Assembly: GCA_037447605.1 (NCBI GenBank)
Contig: CM074807.1
Span: 2,108,001-2,172,000, forward strand
Origin: Zygnema circumcarinatum SAG 698-1b
Lineage: Eukaryota > Plantae > Zygnematophyceae
DNA length: 64,000 nucleotides
Reading direction: 5' to 3'
Positions 46,521 through 58,602 of the stretch are shown one piece after another. Position 1 is the first letter of the stretch; every line of letters starts with the position of its first letter. The notes under the pieces are model-generated. The model searched no databases. It was given only the letters and a program-made list of their open reading frames with translations, and was not told the origin of the DNA. The translations under genes and the position numbers were made by a program.

Positions 46521-49500
46521 ATGGCGGCCATGGCGACCATGGCGAACATGGCGACCGCCCTCTCTGCGGAGAACATGCAGCATAACGCGCGCATAACGTA
46601 CTATTGGTGAGATTTCAGCACAGATGAGTTTCATCATGGACCTGTGAAAAGTGCTCGATTATTAGCTTGTGCAATTTCTTGTTTATGATTGCTCTAACAT
46701 TGGTTTCAATTGATTTCTTTACTCTGCCGCAAAAAAATGTAGAACGGTTTTTCTTTTGTTCTATTGTGACGATAAGCAAGGCCTACTTGAATACCTAGTT
46801 GCATGCAACTTAATTGGATCAAAATTACTGGGCTTCGTTTTCCTCCTTTGCTTCCTAAAAAGCCTTAAACGACTTGATCGATGGCAGCATTCACTAAGTT
46901 GTGGAAATGACAGCCCGCCTGCACCACCTAGTATTGGGGGGAGGAGATTCAGTGAACCCTTCGGCCCACGAATTGTCACTGTCTTTCACATCTTCTCTTT
47001 GTTTCCACTCTAACTCCGCCATTGCTACTTCCCTCATGAGCGGAACAGTGGATGTGGCCTGTAAAGCGTACAGCAGTCGCGGCCCATTTCACGTTCTGGA
47101 GGCTGGGCTATTAAAAAGTATCTTGCATAATGCCCCTATTTCTTAGGTCTTTTTAAATCTGAAGCATCAGCCGCAAAATGTTAAGGCAAAGCGTTTTTTC
47201 AAAAAGAAGAAAGCTGGAATAGAGAACACGTTTGGTTATGAAGAGGGAGAGGGAGAGGGAGAGGAGAGGGAGAGGGGAGAGGGAGAGGAGAGGGAGAGGG
47301 AGGCGGGAGAGGGAGAGGGAGAGGGAGAGGGAGAGGGAGAGGGAGGGGAGAGGGAGAGGGAGAGGGAGAGGGAGAGGAGAGGGAGAGGGAGAGGGAGAGG
47401 GAGAGGGAGAGGGAGGGAGAGGGCGAGGGCGAGGGAGGGAGGGAGGAGGGAGAGGGAGAGGAGAGGGAGAGGAGAGGGAGAGGGGAGAGGGGAGAGGGAG
47501 CGGGGAGCGAGCGGGGATGGGGAGAGGGAGAGGGGAGAGGGAGAGGGAGAGGGGAGAGGGAGGGAGAGGGGAGAGGGGAGAGGGAGGAGAGGGGAGAGGG
47601 AGGGGAGGAGGGGAGGAGGGGAGAGGGAGAGGGAGAGAGGGGAGAGGGAGAGGGAGAGGGGAGAGGGAGAGGGAGAGGGAGAGGGAGAGGGGAGAGGGGA
47701 GAGGGAGAGGGAGAGGGAGAGGGAGAGGAGAGGGAGAGGGGAGGAGGGGAGAGGGAGAGGGAGAGGAGAGGGGAGGAGGAGAGGGGAGAGGGAGAGAGGG
47801 AGAGGGGAGAGGGGAGAGGGAGAGGGGAGAGGGAGAGAGGGGAGAGGGGAGAGGGAGAGGGAGAGGGAGAGGGGAGAGGGGAGAGGGAGAGGGGAGAGGG
47901 AGAGGGGAGAGGAGAGGGAGAGGGGAGAGGGGAGAGGGGAGAGGGAGAGGGAGAGGGGAGAGGGGAGAGGGGAGAGGGAGAGGGAGAGGGGAGAGGGGAG
48001 AGGGAGAGGGGAGAGGGGAGAGGGGAGAGGGAGAGGGAGAGGGAGAGGGGAGAGGGAGAGGGGAGGAGGGAGAGGGAGGAGGGGAGAGGGAGAGGGGAGA
48101 GGGAGAGGGAGAGGGGAGAGGGAGAGGGAGAGGGAGAGGGGGAGAGGGAGAGGAGAGGGAGAAAAGAGGAGAGGGAGAGGGAGAGGGGGAGAGGGGAGAG
48201 GGGAGAGGGGAGAGGGAGAGGGAGAGGGGAGAGGGGAGAGAGGGAGAGAGGGGAGAGGGAGAGGGAGAGGGGAGAGGGAGAGGGAGAGGGAGAGGGGAGA
48301 GGGAGAGGGAGAGGGAGAGGGAGAGGAGAGGGAGAGGGAGAGGAGAGGGAGAGGGAGAGGGAGAGGGAGAGGAGAGGAGAGGAGAGGGAGAGGGAGAGGG
48401 AGAGGGAGAGAGGAGAGGAGAGGGAGAGGAGAGGAGAGGAGAGGGAGAGGGAGAGGGAGAGGGAGAGGGGAGAGGGGAGAGGAGAGGGAGAGGGGAGAGG
48501 GAGAGGAGAGGAGAGGAGGGAGAGGGGAGAGGGAGAGGGAGAGGAGAGGGAGAGGGGAGAGGAGAGGGGAGAGGGAGAGGGGAGAGGGGAGAGGGGGGAG
48601 GAGGGGAGGAGGGATGAGGGGAGAGGGAGAGGGAGAGAGGAGAGGGGAGAGGGAGAGGGAGAGGGAGAGGGGAGGGAGAGGGAGAGGGAGAGGGGAGAGG
48701 GAGAGGGAGAGGGAGAGGGGAGAGGAGAGGGAGAGGAGAGGGAGAGGGAGAGGGAGAGGGAGAGGAGGAGGGAGAGGGGAGAGGAGAGGAGAGGGAGAGG
48801 GAGAGGGAGAGGAGAGGGAGAGGGGAGAGGGGAGAGGGAGAGGGGAGAGGGAGAGGAGGAGAGGGAGGAGGGAGAGGGGAGAGGGGAGAGGGAGAGGGGA
48901 GAGGGTGAGGGAGAGGGGAGAGGGAGAGGGAGAGGGAGAGGGAGAGGGAGAGGGGAGAGGGAGAGGGAGAGGGAGAGGGAGAGGGAGAGGGAGAGGGGAG
49001 AGGGGAGAGGGGAGAAAGAGAGGAGGAGGAGGGAGAGGGGAGAGGGAGAGGGAGAGGGAGAGGGAGAGGGGGAGAGGGGAGAGGAGAGGGAGAGGGAGAG
49101 GAGAGGGAGAGGGAGAGGTGGCGAGAGGGAGAGGGGAGGGAGAGGGAGAGGGGAGGAGGGAGAGGAGAGGGAGAGGGAGAGGGAGAGGGAGAGGGAGAGG
49201 GAGAGGGAGAGGGAGAGGGAGAGGGGAGAGGGGAGAGGGGAGAGGGAGAGGGAGAGGGAGAGGGAGAGGGAGAGGGAGGGAGAGGGAGCCACGCAGGTTT
49301 CCCCAAGGAATGTCAATTTAAAGGAACCTCCTTAACCGGTATGTCTCTAGAAAATTTCAGGTTTGAGAGGCTGATCTCATGCGAATTATATGGAAATTGG
49401 GGAATGTGCATATTGTTGGCCTAAGCCTTTGAAGTAAGTAGTAATAGGTATCCCTTTTCGTAAACATTTGACATTTTTTTCTAGAAAGCTTGGACGTCTG

Positions 49501-50813
49501 CTTGAATGAAAAAAAAAAAAAAAGCTTCTAAAGAATTATTCTGCTTGAATAATTCTTGGTTTATTGTAGGAGTATTTAAAGGCGTGTTGGAATATTAATA
49601 GATGCGTAAACTGCTGCGTTTGGCGTCAGTCACCCTCTGGTTGGTTGTATGTGAAACGAGCAAAGCCTGTACGTTGTTTTCTGTGAATGTGCTGCCTGAT
49701 TGAATGCCACTCGATCATCATCATTGGCTTGCATCATTTGCTGGCTGAAGCGCCGAGTTCCGCTTGCTTCACGCTCTTAAGTTTGCCGTTGCTGCATACA
49801 GAAGTGCTGGTTCTCTCTACATTTTTCTGACCTCAGTGTGCAAGACCTGCATAATTTGTGTTGCAGCAAGACCTTCCTCTCCATTATAGCAGGCATCGTG
49901 GCAGGAGTCATGGGCCTTACAGGAATTGCAGGTTTCGTGTGCTATTTGTTCATTATGGCCGTAGCCTCCTTAGGCATCTTCTTGAAGGCAGGAGGACAGA
50001 TCAGCACCTACTTCGATTCATGGCAACGCGTAGCCCTTGACGGTGTTTCACAAGGAGCCATGGTATGCACTCTCAACGAATTTGTATTGTTCACTTTCCA
50101 AATCACCTCCCTTGTATGAAACAAGTTGGCTGGTGACGTGGGGATGCAGACTGGATGTTAAGCTGTGAGCCATTGTGTTTCTTTGCTTATTTACAGCAGC
50201 GGACGTGGATTGCATCTCATATCATTTCCTGCTAGTTAAACATTTGCACAGCTGTTGACCTTTTTGCAAGTCATTAATGATGCCATAGGCTGATGCAGTT
50301 TATATTAGAATTGCCCCAGGCTGGCAAGTGTCGCAATCCTCTAAAACTTGTTTTGAGTCGCGTGCTCTCTTTGATGAAACGAACGAATATAGTTTTGTAG
50401 AGATTTACTAATTGAAGGTCAGCTGCAGACCGTTGGGTTCGATTGAGCGTCTGATGAGGGTGTACGCCTTTTGTTTGCAGTCATTTATTCTCTTCTGGAC
50501 GTATCCTCTCCACTACTCTTTTGCTGTGGGTTCGGTTTGAGCGTTCAATCGATAAGTAAGTATGGCTGTCAATAGTTTGAAGGTGATCTGGTTCTGTCCA
50601 AAACTTTTTTTCCATGTGCGCCATAGTTTGTGAACTTTGATGAGTAGGACATTGGGGAAGAACTGAGAGCAAGAGCAGGGTGCCAGAGTCAAACTTTGCT
50701 GTTGATTGGTTGCTATTAACAATTCATTTCTTTAGCGGTGATATTGGCGCGGCCAAAGTGAACCTTGACCCACGTTCTGCAGTCTCGCCTATGACATTGT
50801 CCACATTTTCTGA
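46521..50813 (+). CDS. EMC6: ER membrane protein complex subunit 6; exons 46521-46606, 49867-50062, 50481-50500, 50783-50813
   Basis: [39 protein letters not shown]...YFDSW...[16 protein letters not shown]. Confidence 0.92.
47240..49288 (+). repeat. About 2.05-kb polypurine tract of degenerate (GGGAGA)n in EMC6 intron 1
   Basis: Almost only G and A, with roughly ten pyrimidines. The long ORFs over it are artefacts. Confidence 0.97.
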
Positions 50814-51815
50814 TGGAGGCAGCTCCATTGGGTTCACTGCCTGGACCGCATACTCCATACGTCAGGCGTTCACTCAAACATCCTGGAAGGGCCAGCTGCG
50901 CGATGTTGCCATGCCTAGGCGATAAGAGACAGTCCTTCAGTGCACCCTAATAGCAGCTGCAAGCTTGTTCGATTCTTGGTGACAGTATGGCGCGTATGTG
51001 CAGCTGTGCGGTGCAGGTAAACTATGTGCAGCGCGCCGTTAAGTTCTGTGGTGTGTGTCTCATTGGTGTAGAGATCATTGCATTGAAGAGCCGCCGTATG
51101 CGTACCCTCTGCTAGTCAGTGCAGGACAGTCATTTCTCTCGCCCATTTTTCCGCCAGGAAGTTCATGAATGAAGAGTGTCCAGATCTGGCATTCCCTCCC
51201 GCCTGAGGGCAATTGTGAGCCTGTTGGAAACGATAGGAAGTTCAGAGGTGTCACGTTTTTGTTTTCTGTTTGGTAGATTTAGCAATCGTCAAAACAATTT
51301 CTTATGTCGAAGTGTTTGAACTTCGACCGTTGTAACTTCCAACATTACAAACGGAGCCCACTCAAGTCCCATGTGCCTGTCCTGTGTTTGTTGAGAATGA
51401 TGAGAAAAAAATTGGCAGATTCAGTAAAGGGAGCTTGAGAGGGGGCTTCAAGGTGAGCAAACATCACAAGGAATAAGCTTGGAAAACGTGAGCAGTCTAA
51501 ATGTACAAGTGGTGAAATAAGTCAGGGAGCATTCAGACGTATTGCTGGGTTTTCCATCGAGCACCATCATCACCCCAAATGAAGAGCATGTACCATTAAC
51601 TTGCAAAAAACAAAAATGTACAACTTAAAAAGCTCGAATGTACAGGATTGCTTGGATGTACTGCAATGACCATGTGTGCAAAAATGAAGGGCCTGCAACC
51701 ACAAAACTGCAGCTAAGCACTGTCCTTCAGCATCTGCAGGACCGTTCGAATAAAGGATGACCCGGTTCATAGCCTTCACACTAATCAGAAGGTGGCGGCA
51801 ACAGCAGGAACGAAT

Positions 51816-53597
51816 TTAGTTGCGGCAGAAGAGGGTCTCTTTTGTTTCATTCCCTGTCACGGGATTGACCCTGTCCCGCCCACCACAGATCTCAGTGCAG
51901 TGGCAGAGGCTGCAATCAATCTCCGTTTTCTGCTGTTTGCTGCCTTCTGAGACTGGAGGAATTATGACTCAACGCGCAACAAGAAGGCAGTAGAAGGACA
52001 AGCTCAAACATTCAAATTTACGTAATCAGCATTCAATGAAGGGCAAAAGAAATAGATGGTACTACACACCCGCTAGCAATTGAACACAGGTACTTTCGTT
52101 GGTCATCTCGAAATTGCACCTCAGTGAAATCTGCATCCAGATCTCCAGAAGGAAAGGGCTCAAACTACCAAAGCCTCCCGAAAAAAAAAGTTGACTTTTC
52201 TCCCTAGCCTTGGCTGTGCGATAAAGTACTAGCAGGGAGCATCTGTTTGACGACATGGAGCACATGATTTCTTGCAAAAATGAGGGCCACAGGTGAGCAC
52301 CTGCACCGGTGATAATAGAGCCTTTGAAAGAAGTGTTTCCTGTTACTGTGGCGCCCTCGAAGAGAGCATTGGTGAAATTAGCCTGCAAGCACACCGCCTT
52401 CTTCATAAGGAATTCAAATAGAACTTGGTTTTGCAGCACAGTTGATTCAACGGCAGTGCAACGCACCTTTGTGGCACTCGTCAATGAGAAGTCCACTCCC
52501 CGTAAGTCCGTATCACTGAAATCCGCTCCTGCATTGCTGCAACCACCTCGATTCGGTGAGTTCTTGTGTGCTACTGCGGCATGTTGCTACTCAGGATTGG
52601 TATTTTTTTCCATAGCCATCACAAATTTAAACCTTGCGCTTGAACAAGATATGGGATGTGGCATCTCTCCCGAAGAAAGGAACAAACACAAGCACATGGA
52701 ACGCACCTGTAAGGTCAGCGTCAAAGAAGCTTGCACCAAGCAGTTTAGCTCCATGGAAGTTCGCCTGCCGGAGAATGGCCTGCACAGCTTCATCACCAAA
52801 AGCTGTTAAGCGAATGCAAGCCAATGCGGTTTTCCGCTTATTACCTAGTTGAGCTGTTAGGCTGCCGCAACCTCCAAACAACTTTATTTATCCAAAATGG
52901 AGAAGCAAAAAAAGTACCGTTTTAAAGTCCTGACGGGTGAGGTCCAGACCGCTGAAGTCTCGGCCAGAAAGGTCTTGCCCACGTGTCACTTCCCTACCGT
53001 AAGGTCCTCCTCCCTGCGTAGAAAAAGAATGCTTCAGCCCCACTGATTGGAGCAATACATTCCGTTCTTGCCTCCCATTTACTTTACCCTAACAACGAAA
53101 TCGCAATTTCTTCCTATAACAAGACTCCAGGGACAATGCATGAATGGGCAACGCTCCATCTCAGCAAGGTGCTTCTGCATCTCGAAGGTGAAAGCCATTG
53201 TTAAGTGCCCACAAAATTTACGAATGCTCGAATACACATACAATGTATGCAAACGATGGCTGAGTGGGATGCAGAAGAAGTAAGGCAGCAAGCATGGCTG
53301 CTCCTCCAGTGGCTGTTTGTTTCCACACGCTCGACCTGTCCTCGCCACTCCATCTCTGCTGCCCACAACACCATCCCTCATCGCACACGCTTTGGCGTTA
53401 ACGCACTGCTTCCCTCTCACATTCCTGCAGCTGAGGTAATCGCAGAGGCCGAGAGAGCGTTGCACCTGCGAGCAAACAGTGAGACAGGGGATGCGAGATG
53501 CAGCGCCTCTCCGAGAGGGAAGCTGGGAAGTGCAGGCGCCCTGGGACGACAGGAGGCAGGGTCCTGGCAAGAGGGCGCTTCTCAATGCCATCGGCAT
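51816..53597 (-). CDS. Thylakoid lumenal 15-kDa pentapeptide-repeat protein (TL15-like); multi-exon
   Basis: GGPYGREVTRGQDLSGRDFSG, ILRQANFHGAKLLGASFFDADLTG, FEGATVTGNTSFKGS and NPVTGNETKETLFC, with a bipartite-type N-terminus. Confidence 0.9.
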
Positions 53598-53963
53598 GGC
53601 TTGACAGCTGTCCTAGAGTCTCTAGAGCAGTACCGTAGCAGAACGTGAACAGAGTTAGCAAAAGGAGAGCTTCAAAATAGCTACGATACGCTACTTTCTC
53701 TTCAAACTTTCCCTTTTGAAGATCTCGCGACACTTCTCACTCCGCTCTGGCCTTGAACTCGAAGACGAGCGAAGTGCAGGGAGGCGGCGAATCATCGCCA
53801 TAGCAGGGAGTGAGGGCCCCTTGCTCTCTCTCACGCACTGCGGCACACTTAGGAGGGTGTGGTAGGGCCGTCCTGTAGGCTGCGGCTCCAGGAAGGGGGG
53901 TTCCTCGCCGGTTCACTTGAGCACAGGGGCAACGCCTCCGGAGGAGTTTGCAGCCTGCCAAGA

Positions 53964-56272
53964 TGAATGCGCCGGATAGATATGAGCGTTTTGTGGTTCC
54001 CTCGGGGATGAAGAAGTACGGTTCTACACTTCACTGGCGCTCATTTGCTCGCATGCATTAGTTCATTAGCTGCAGTATAGAATCAGCTGCAGGGTCATGG
54101 TTTGTGCAGATGGAGGAGAGGGTTTGCCGAAGGAGGAGCGAGGAGTGAGGCCAGTGGAGAGGGACGAAGAGAGGAGAGATAGAAGAGAGAGCAGGAACTA
54201 CAGAGGGAAGGAAAACGGAAAGAGAAAGAAAGAGAGAGAAATAAAGAAAAAAAAGGAAAAATAAATAGAAAGAAGAGGAAAGGAGAGCAGAATCAATTGA
54301 ATGTTGGGAGGATGGAGGGAAGAAACGGGAGGGAAAACGGCAATTGGGAATACAGTGGGAGAGGAGAGGAGAGGGTGGAGGAGCAAGTTCTTCCAGCAGG
54401 TGCTCTCCCCAGGAAGAGTGAGGTCTCGGAAGAAGGATAGGATGGTGGTGAGGGAGGAGAGGAAAGACGAAAGACAGTGGTTGGCGATAGCAGAGTGAAG
54501 AGGAGTGTAGTGGGAGTGGGAGCAGGAGAGGAAAGCGTGAATGAGAGGGAGCGATTGAGCGAAATGGAGTGACTGAGCCTAAGAAGAACCTAGTTGGTAA
54601 TATGTCGCGCATTCTACTCTTGTGTTTCGTCCAATTACACCCATACACAACGTGGTCTTATCATCCACAAAATGCTCTGCTCAGTAGCAGGCAGCACTGT
54701 CTCGTTAGTAATACGAAAAGAATAGGATTTCCTCTTTAAACAGGGCCACCTTAGACTAGCAGATTCTCCCTAAGTCCTCTTTATGGAGAAATTGTTTCTA
54801 GACCATGCCATCAGAGCAGGTTTATTAACGAGCTCACTTAGAAGTGCCTATTGCAGAAGTCATTGGCGCTTTTCAACCATGGGTTTGACATCTGGTGAAT
54901 TAATGTCTGATCTGGTTTCTTTCTTGATAAGGTCTGATAGGTTGAAACGTCTGCTAGTCTTATTATAAGAAACTCCATTGATTGTAATGGTCTCTTGTAT
55001 AACGAGAGCCACTTTTGTTGACTTGTGAACTCTGCTTTTGTGATAGACGTTATTGTCCATAGTAAAGGGCTTTTCATGAGCCAGAGAGCTGGAAGATCAG
55101 TGGCTTCGCTCAGTTGCGAGGTCTCAAAGTAGTACGTGGGGATTGTGCAATATGCAAGAGCGAGAAAGAGAGAGATGGATATTTTTGTTTCTGTACTTGT
55201 TTGTGTGTGCTTCATCCACTGGAGATGTTTGCTGAGTTCGCAAAATGCTCAATAATTTTGCAGGGTGTCGTATGAGCGTGACACCAAAGTCATGAATGCG
55301 GCTACATTCGTGCTGCAAAGGGAGGATCACACGGTTGGAAACATCATCCGCATGTCAGTACTCTACAAGGGGTTTCCCCTAGCTGGCCCACACCGCCTGT
55401 TTGGCTGTCCTTGCACTTGCTCTCGCTCTTGCTCTTGCACCGATTTGCGCTCTGTAAGTCGGCATGTTGAAAGTCTTGTTTTAGAACTCCCAGTGTCTGC
55501 ATAGCTGCTGTTGGATTCATGCTATGTATGAGCAAACGCAGCAAACTGCTGAATATGGATGTGCAGAGCTGAGTGTGATCGACATCCGGGATTGCAGGCA
55601 GCTGCATCGTGACCCAAACGTGCTGTTTGCCGGATACAAATTCCCCCATCCCCTCAAGTACGAGGTTATTGTGAAGGTTTGGCCTTATATCACCCTTCTC
55701 CCCTCAGTTCTGTTTTGCAGCCGTTGGCAAATAAAACAATGAAGTGTTGTATCTTTTTCCGCCTAATTTGGAGGGGGAACGTGTCGTTGCAGATCCAGAC
55801 AACCAGCCAGTCATCTCCCGCGCAGGCCTACAACGAATCGCTTAACTGTCTCACAGGCGAGCTCAACCACTTAAAGCAGACATTTGAGGTACGCATTCGC
55901 TGCATTCCGACTCTTCTGACACGCTATGGGCACCGGACGGGCCTTGAGGGCTGCCTTCCTGTGGTGACTCCCCTTTGTCTCAAAAAGTCATACTGAAAAT
56001 CTTCAGCTTTTGTACTCTACTCTCTGGGACCAGAGCTCCGGTTGTCCATTGTTGTGTTTGCTTTCTCAGCAGTGCGTGGACAAGGCTCTCATCGTTTGTT
56101 TAAAGGAATGTCTAATGCTTTGGTTGCTGAATCTTTAGTGTTATTGACTCAAGGGTAGGCTAGTTTTGGGCCTCGAATGTGACCAGAGAAGCTTACGCCG
56201 CTCTCTCTGTGTACTTCTTGCCCAATGCAGGATGCAGTGAAGATGAAGAAGGAGCAGGAGACGTACTACTAA
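53964..56272 (+). CDS. NRPB11: RNA polymerase II (and IV/V) subunit 11; exons 53964-54015, 55264-55352, 55598-55677, 55793-55888, 56231-56272
   Basis: [43 protein letters not shown] and [13 protein letters not shown]. Confidence 0.95.
54100..54560 (+). repeat. Purine-rich (GA/GGA) low-complexity tract in NRPB11 intron 1
   Basis: Strong A/G bias on the sense strand, less pure than the EMC6 tract. Confidence 0.7.
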
Positions 56273-57160
56273 AGGAAACATTGTTGAAGTAGTCAGCATG
56301 TAAATCCCCCTCTGGCACAGTCTTTGGCCCACATTGGCCTCCAATGAATATGGAGATCCCTCTTGGCACTTCCAGTTGGGAGACGAAGGGAGTGGCAAGG
56401 TCCGCTGTGGGTAGCACTAGTTTTGACAAAATTTATTTGATTTATTTGTTAAGTGTCCAGATTTCAATGTCTACTTTGTCTCGCGTTTTCCTCTATCAAA
56501 ACTGTGCCCTAATCTCGTTCAATTTGTACCTGACAGATCGACAAACACTTGAGTGGTAATTTATGCAGCTGCTGTTCCATTGACATGGGCATCGCAGAAT
56601 ATGAGCCATTTGATGTTTACATATTACGTGTTCTTTCGGAGCCCTTAACAGTGGGAGATGCATTCTCCAACTATTCGGCACTTCTATCGTGAAAGTCACA
56701 GCCTTGCTGTGCTGGAAAGGGTTCATTTGCTGGAGACACACACGAAGTTTGGCTCCCCTACCAAACAGAGGGAGGAAATGCACATGCCTGTGATCGGCCG
56801 CATGCAGTGACTGAGAAGGCTTTCCAAAATACCCAAAGCAGGCGAACAAACTACTACTATTTGTTTATATCGTGATTGAAACCTCTGATTGAAACGAAGC
56901 CAGCTTCTCACAACAGAAAAGGAACACGTAAGGGGTAAGGGGCTCCTTCTATTGTCGTTGACGACCATTCACCTCGTCAATGCCCTTCAGCGCTGCCACT
57001 CAATCATACTCTATTCAGTATCGTGCCTCGCTAAATCTGCAAATCAGATAAACAAAGAGTGAAGAACAAAAGAAAGGCTTTACAATCTGTACGTTTCATT
57101 TACACGCATTTGCCACCTTCTTCTTCAGGGCAATTGCAAAATGAGATAAAACTACATTGA

Positions 57161-58269
57161 CTAGATTGCAGACGAAGCTTTAGGCTTGCGAACAAAGAGT
57201 TTCTCCAAGTCCTCAGTTGCCACATTGCTCCTGCGCGCCAATAAGCAAAGCAATAAATATAGCTTGAGAAATAGGCCTGATGCGTATGCGTCTCCCTCAA
57301 TGGAAAAATAAATAACCTTCACAACATAAGATGCTTAAGGGAAGATGATAAGATGCTTTAGAACTGAGAACCAGTTCCTCGTGCTTCCCCAGGATGATTT
57401 TGTCCATGTACGATGGCATCGCCATCGTGAGATCAATGCCACATCCTCCTTTCCTTTAGAACTAAGATGCAGCAAGTATACCATGACAGAAATAGCGATT
57501 GCCGATAAATGTAGGACGCTCTCACCTCCCTCGAAGCTGTGGCGGCACAAGAAGTCCATGGCTTGTGTCTGGCGGATGCCGTTGCACAGGCAGGTTTCCT
57601 CGCGCTGTCTTCTGATAGGGGGTGAGGTGCAAATCACCATTTGAATCACCTCGCTTGCGGGAGTCTTTGTTTTGTGCATTTATGCCAACTCTAGAATGAT
57701 CCCGTCTTGCAACATCAGATGCAGAACTGAAAGATGAGCCGAAGAGGTCTGCAGGACTGGGTAGGGTTGCCAACTGGCTTTGCCGCTCAGGAATGGCAAC
57801 TACGTCATGAGCTGGTACGGCATATGGGACTTGAGGAGAACTCTCATGCTGCAAGACTGGCCGCGCAGGAGCCCCCTCTCCATTTCTGCCAAGCCCAGGG
57901 AAATAAGTGACTACTTCTGGCTTCCATGGAACAAGTCAGCAGCCAAGAGGAAGCTTGAGCGGTAAGGGGCATCTGCATCAGGCAACAAGCTAGAAAGGAA
58001 CAATAAACAATACAGGTCCAAACAGACATAGATGTTTACAGCTATTCAAAGCAACAACTTCAACGAAATTCAACAGCGCAAAATAATACTTACACATTTC
58101 TATCGTAGATCTCCCGACTCTCATTTTTACACTCTTTGCGACGAACCTCCTCCTCCACCATTGCGGACGGAACGTCAGCGGGCTCTACAGGTGCCATGTG
58201 TGTTTCCTCGCAAGGCTTGTCATCCTCGCCCTCGTCGTCCGACTCATAGTCATAATCAACCAGAGCCAT
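57161..58269 (-). CDS. Conserved uncharacterised protein; exons 58269-58094, 57885-57526, 57230-57161
   Basis: MALVDYDYESDDE, LPSPADLFGSS, DHSRV and LVPPQLRGRSNVATEDLEKLFVRK. Splice phases join cleanly. The C-terminal motif is recalled from plant proteins of unknown function. Confidence 0.75.
57366..57453. repeat. Short dispersed repeat, copy 2, in intron 2 of the unknown gene
   Basis: Matches 19363-19442. Flanked by a CTTTAGAACT direct repeat (57356-57365, 57454-57463). Confidence 0.75.
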
Positions 58270-58390
58270 GCTCTCGTGATTACCTGTCAGCTATGCTATC
58301 TCATCTAAACAGACAAACATATGCCCACAGAGGAGCCATAACTTCCACTCTTCTTTCACTGCACGCCAGGCGCTCCAGAATCGTTGTCGG

Positions 58391-58413
58391 AACCCTAAAA
58401 ACGCAAACCCTAA
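58391..58413 (+). promoter_or_regulatory. Telo-box-like motifs (AACCCTAA twice) in the ATG14/unknown-gene divergent promoter
   Basis: AACCCTAA at 58391 and AAACCCTAA at 58405. A similar AAACCCTAACCCTAA lies at 30395. Confidence 0.45.
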
Positions 58414-58602
58414 CGCCAACGCCAAATAGTGAGCCAAGCATTTGAGGCGCACCGTGGCATGCAGAAAGGATGTGCGCATGCAGAAAATGCTGAGAGGACA
58501 GTTAACGGAGCTTGCAGGAGCTCTCAACGAGGGCGGAGGGGACGGCTCCTCCAGGTGATGCGAGCCGCCGGAGGACATTGAGAGCCACCTTTGACCCGAA
58601 GC

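Noticed and set aside
47153-49321. Long ORFs of 235-717 aa over the GA tract
   Set aside because: Simple repeats lack stop codons. The tract is inside EMC6 intron 1.
54600-55215. Minus-strand ORFs in the AT-rich part of NRPB11 intron 1
   Set aside because: They are short, have no recognisable motif, and are intronic.
56193-56849. Minus-strand ORFs between NRPB11 and the unknown gene
   Set aside because: No recognisable domain or consistent splice model. They are probably convergent 3' UTRs.
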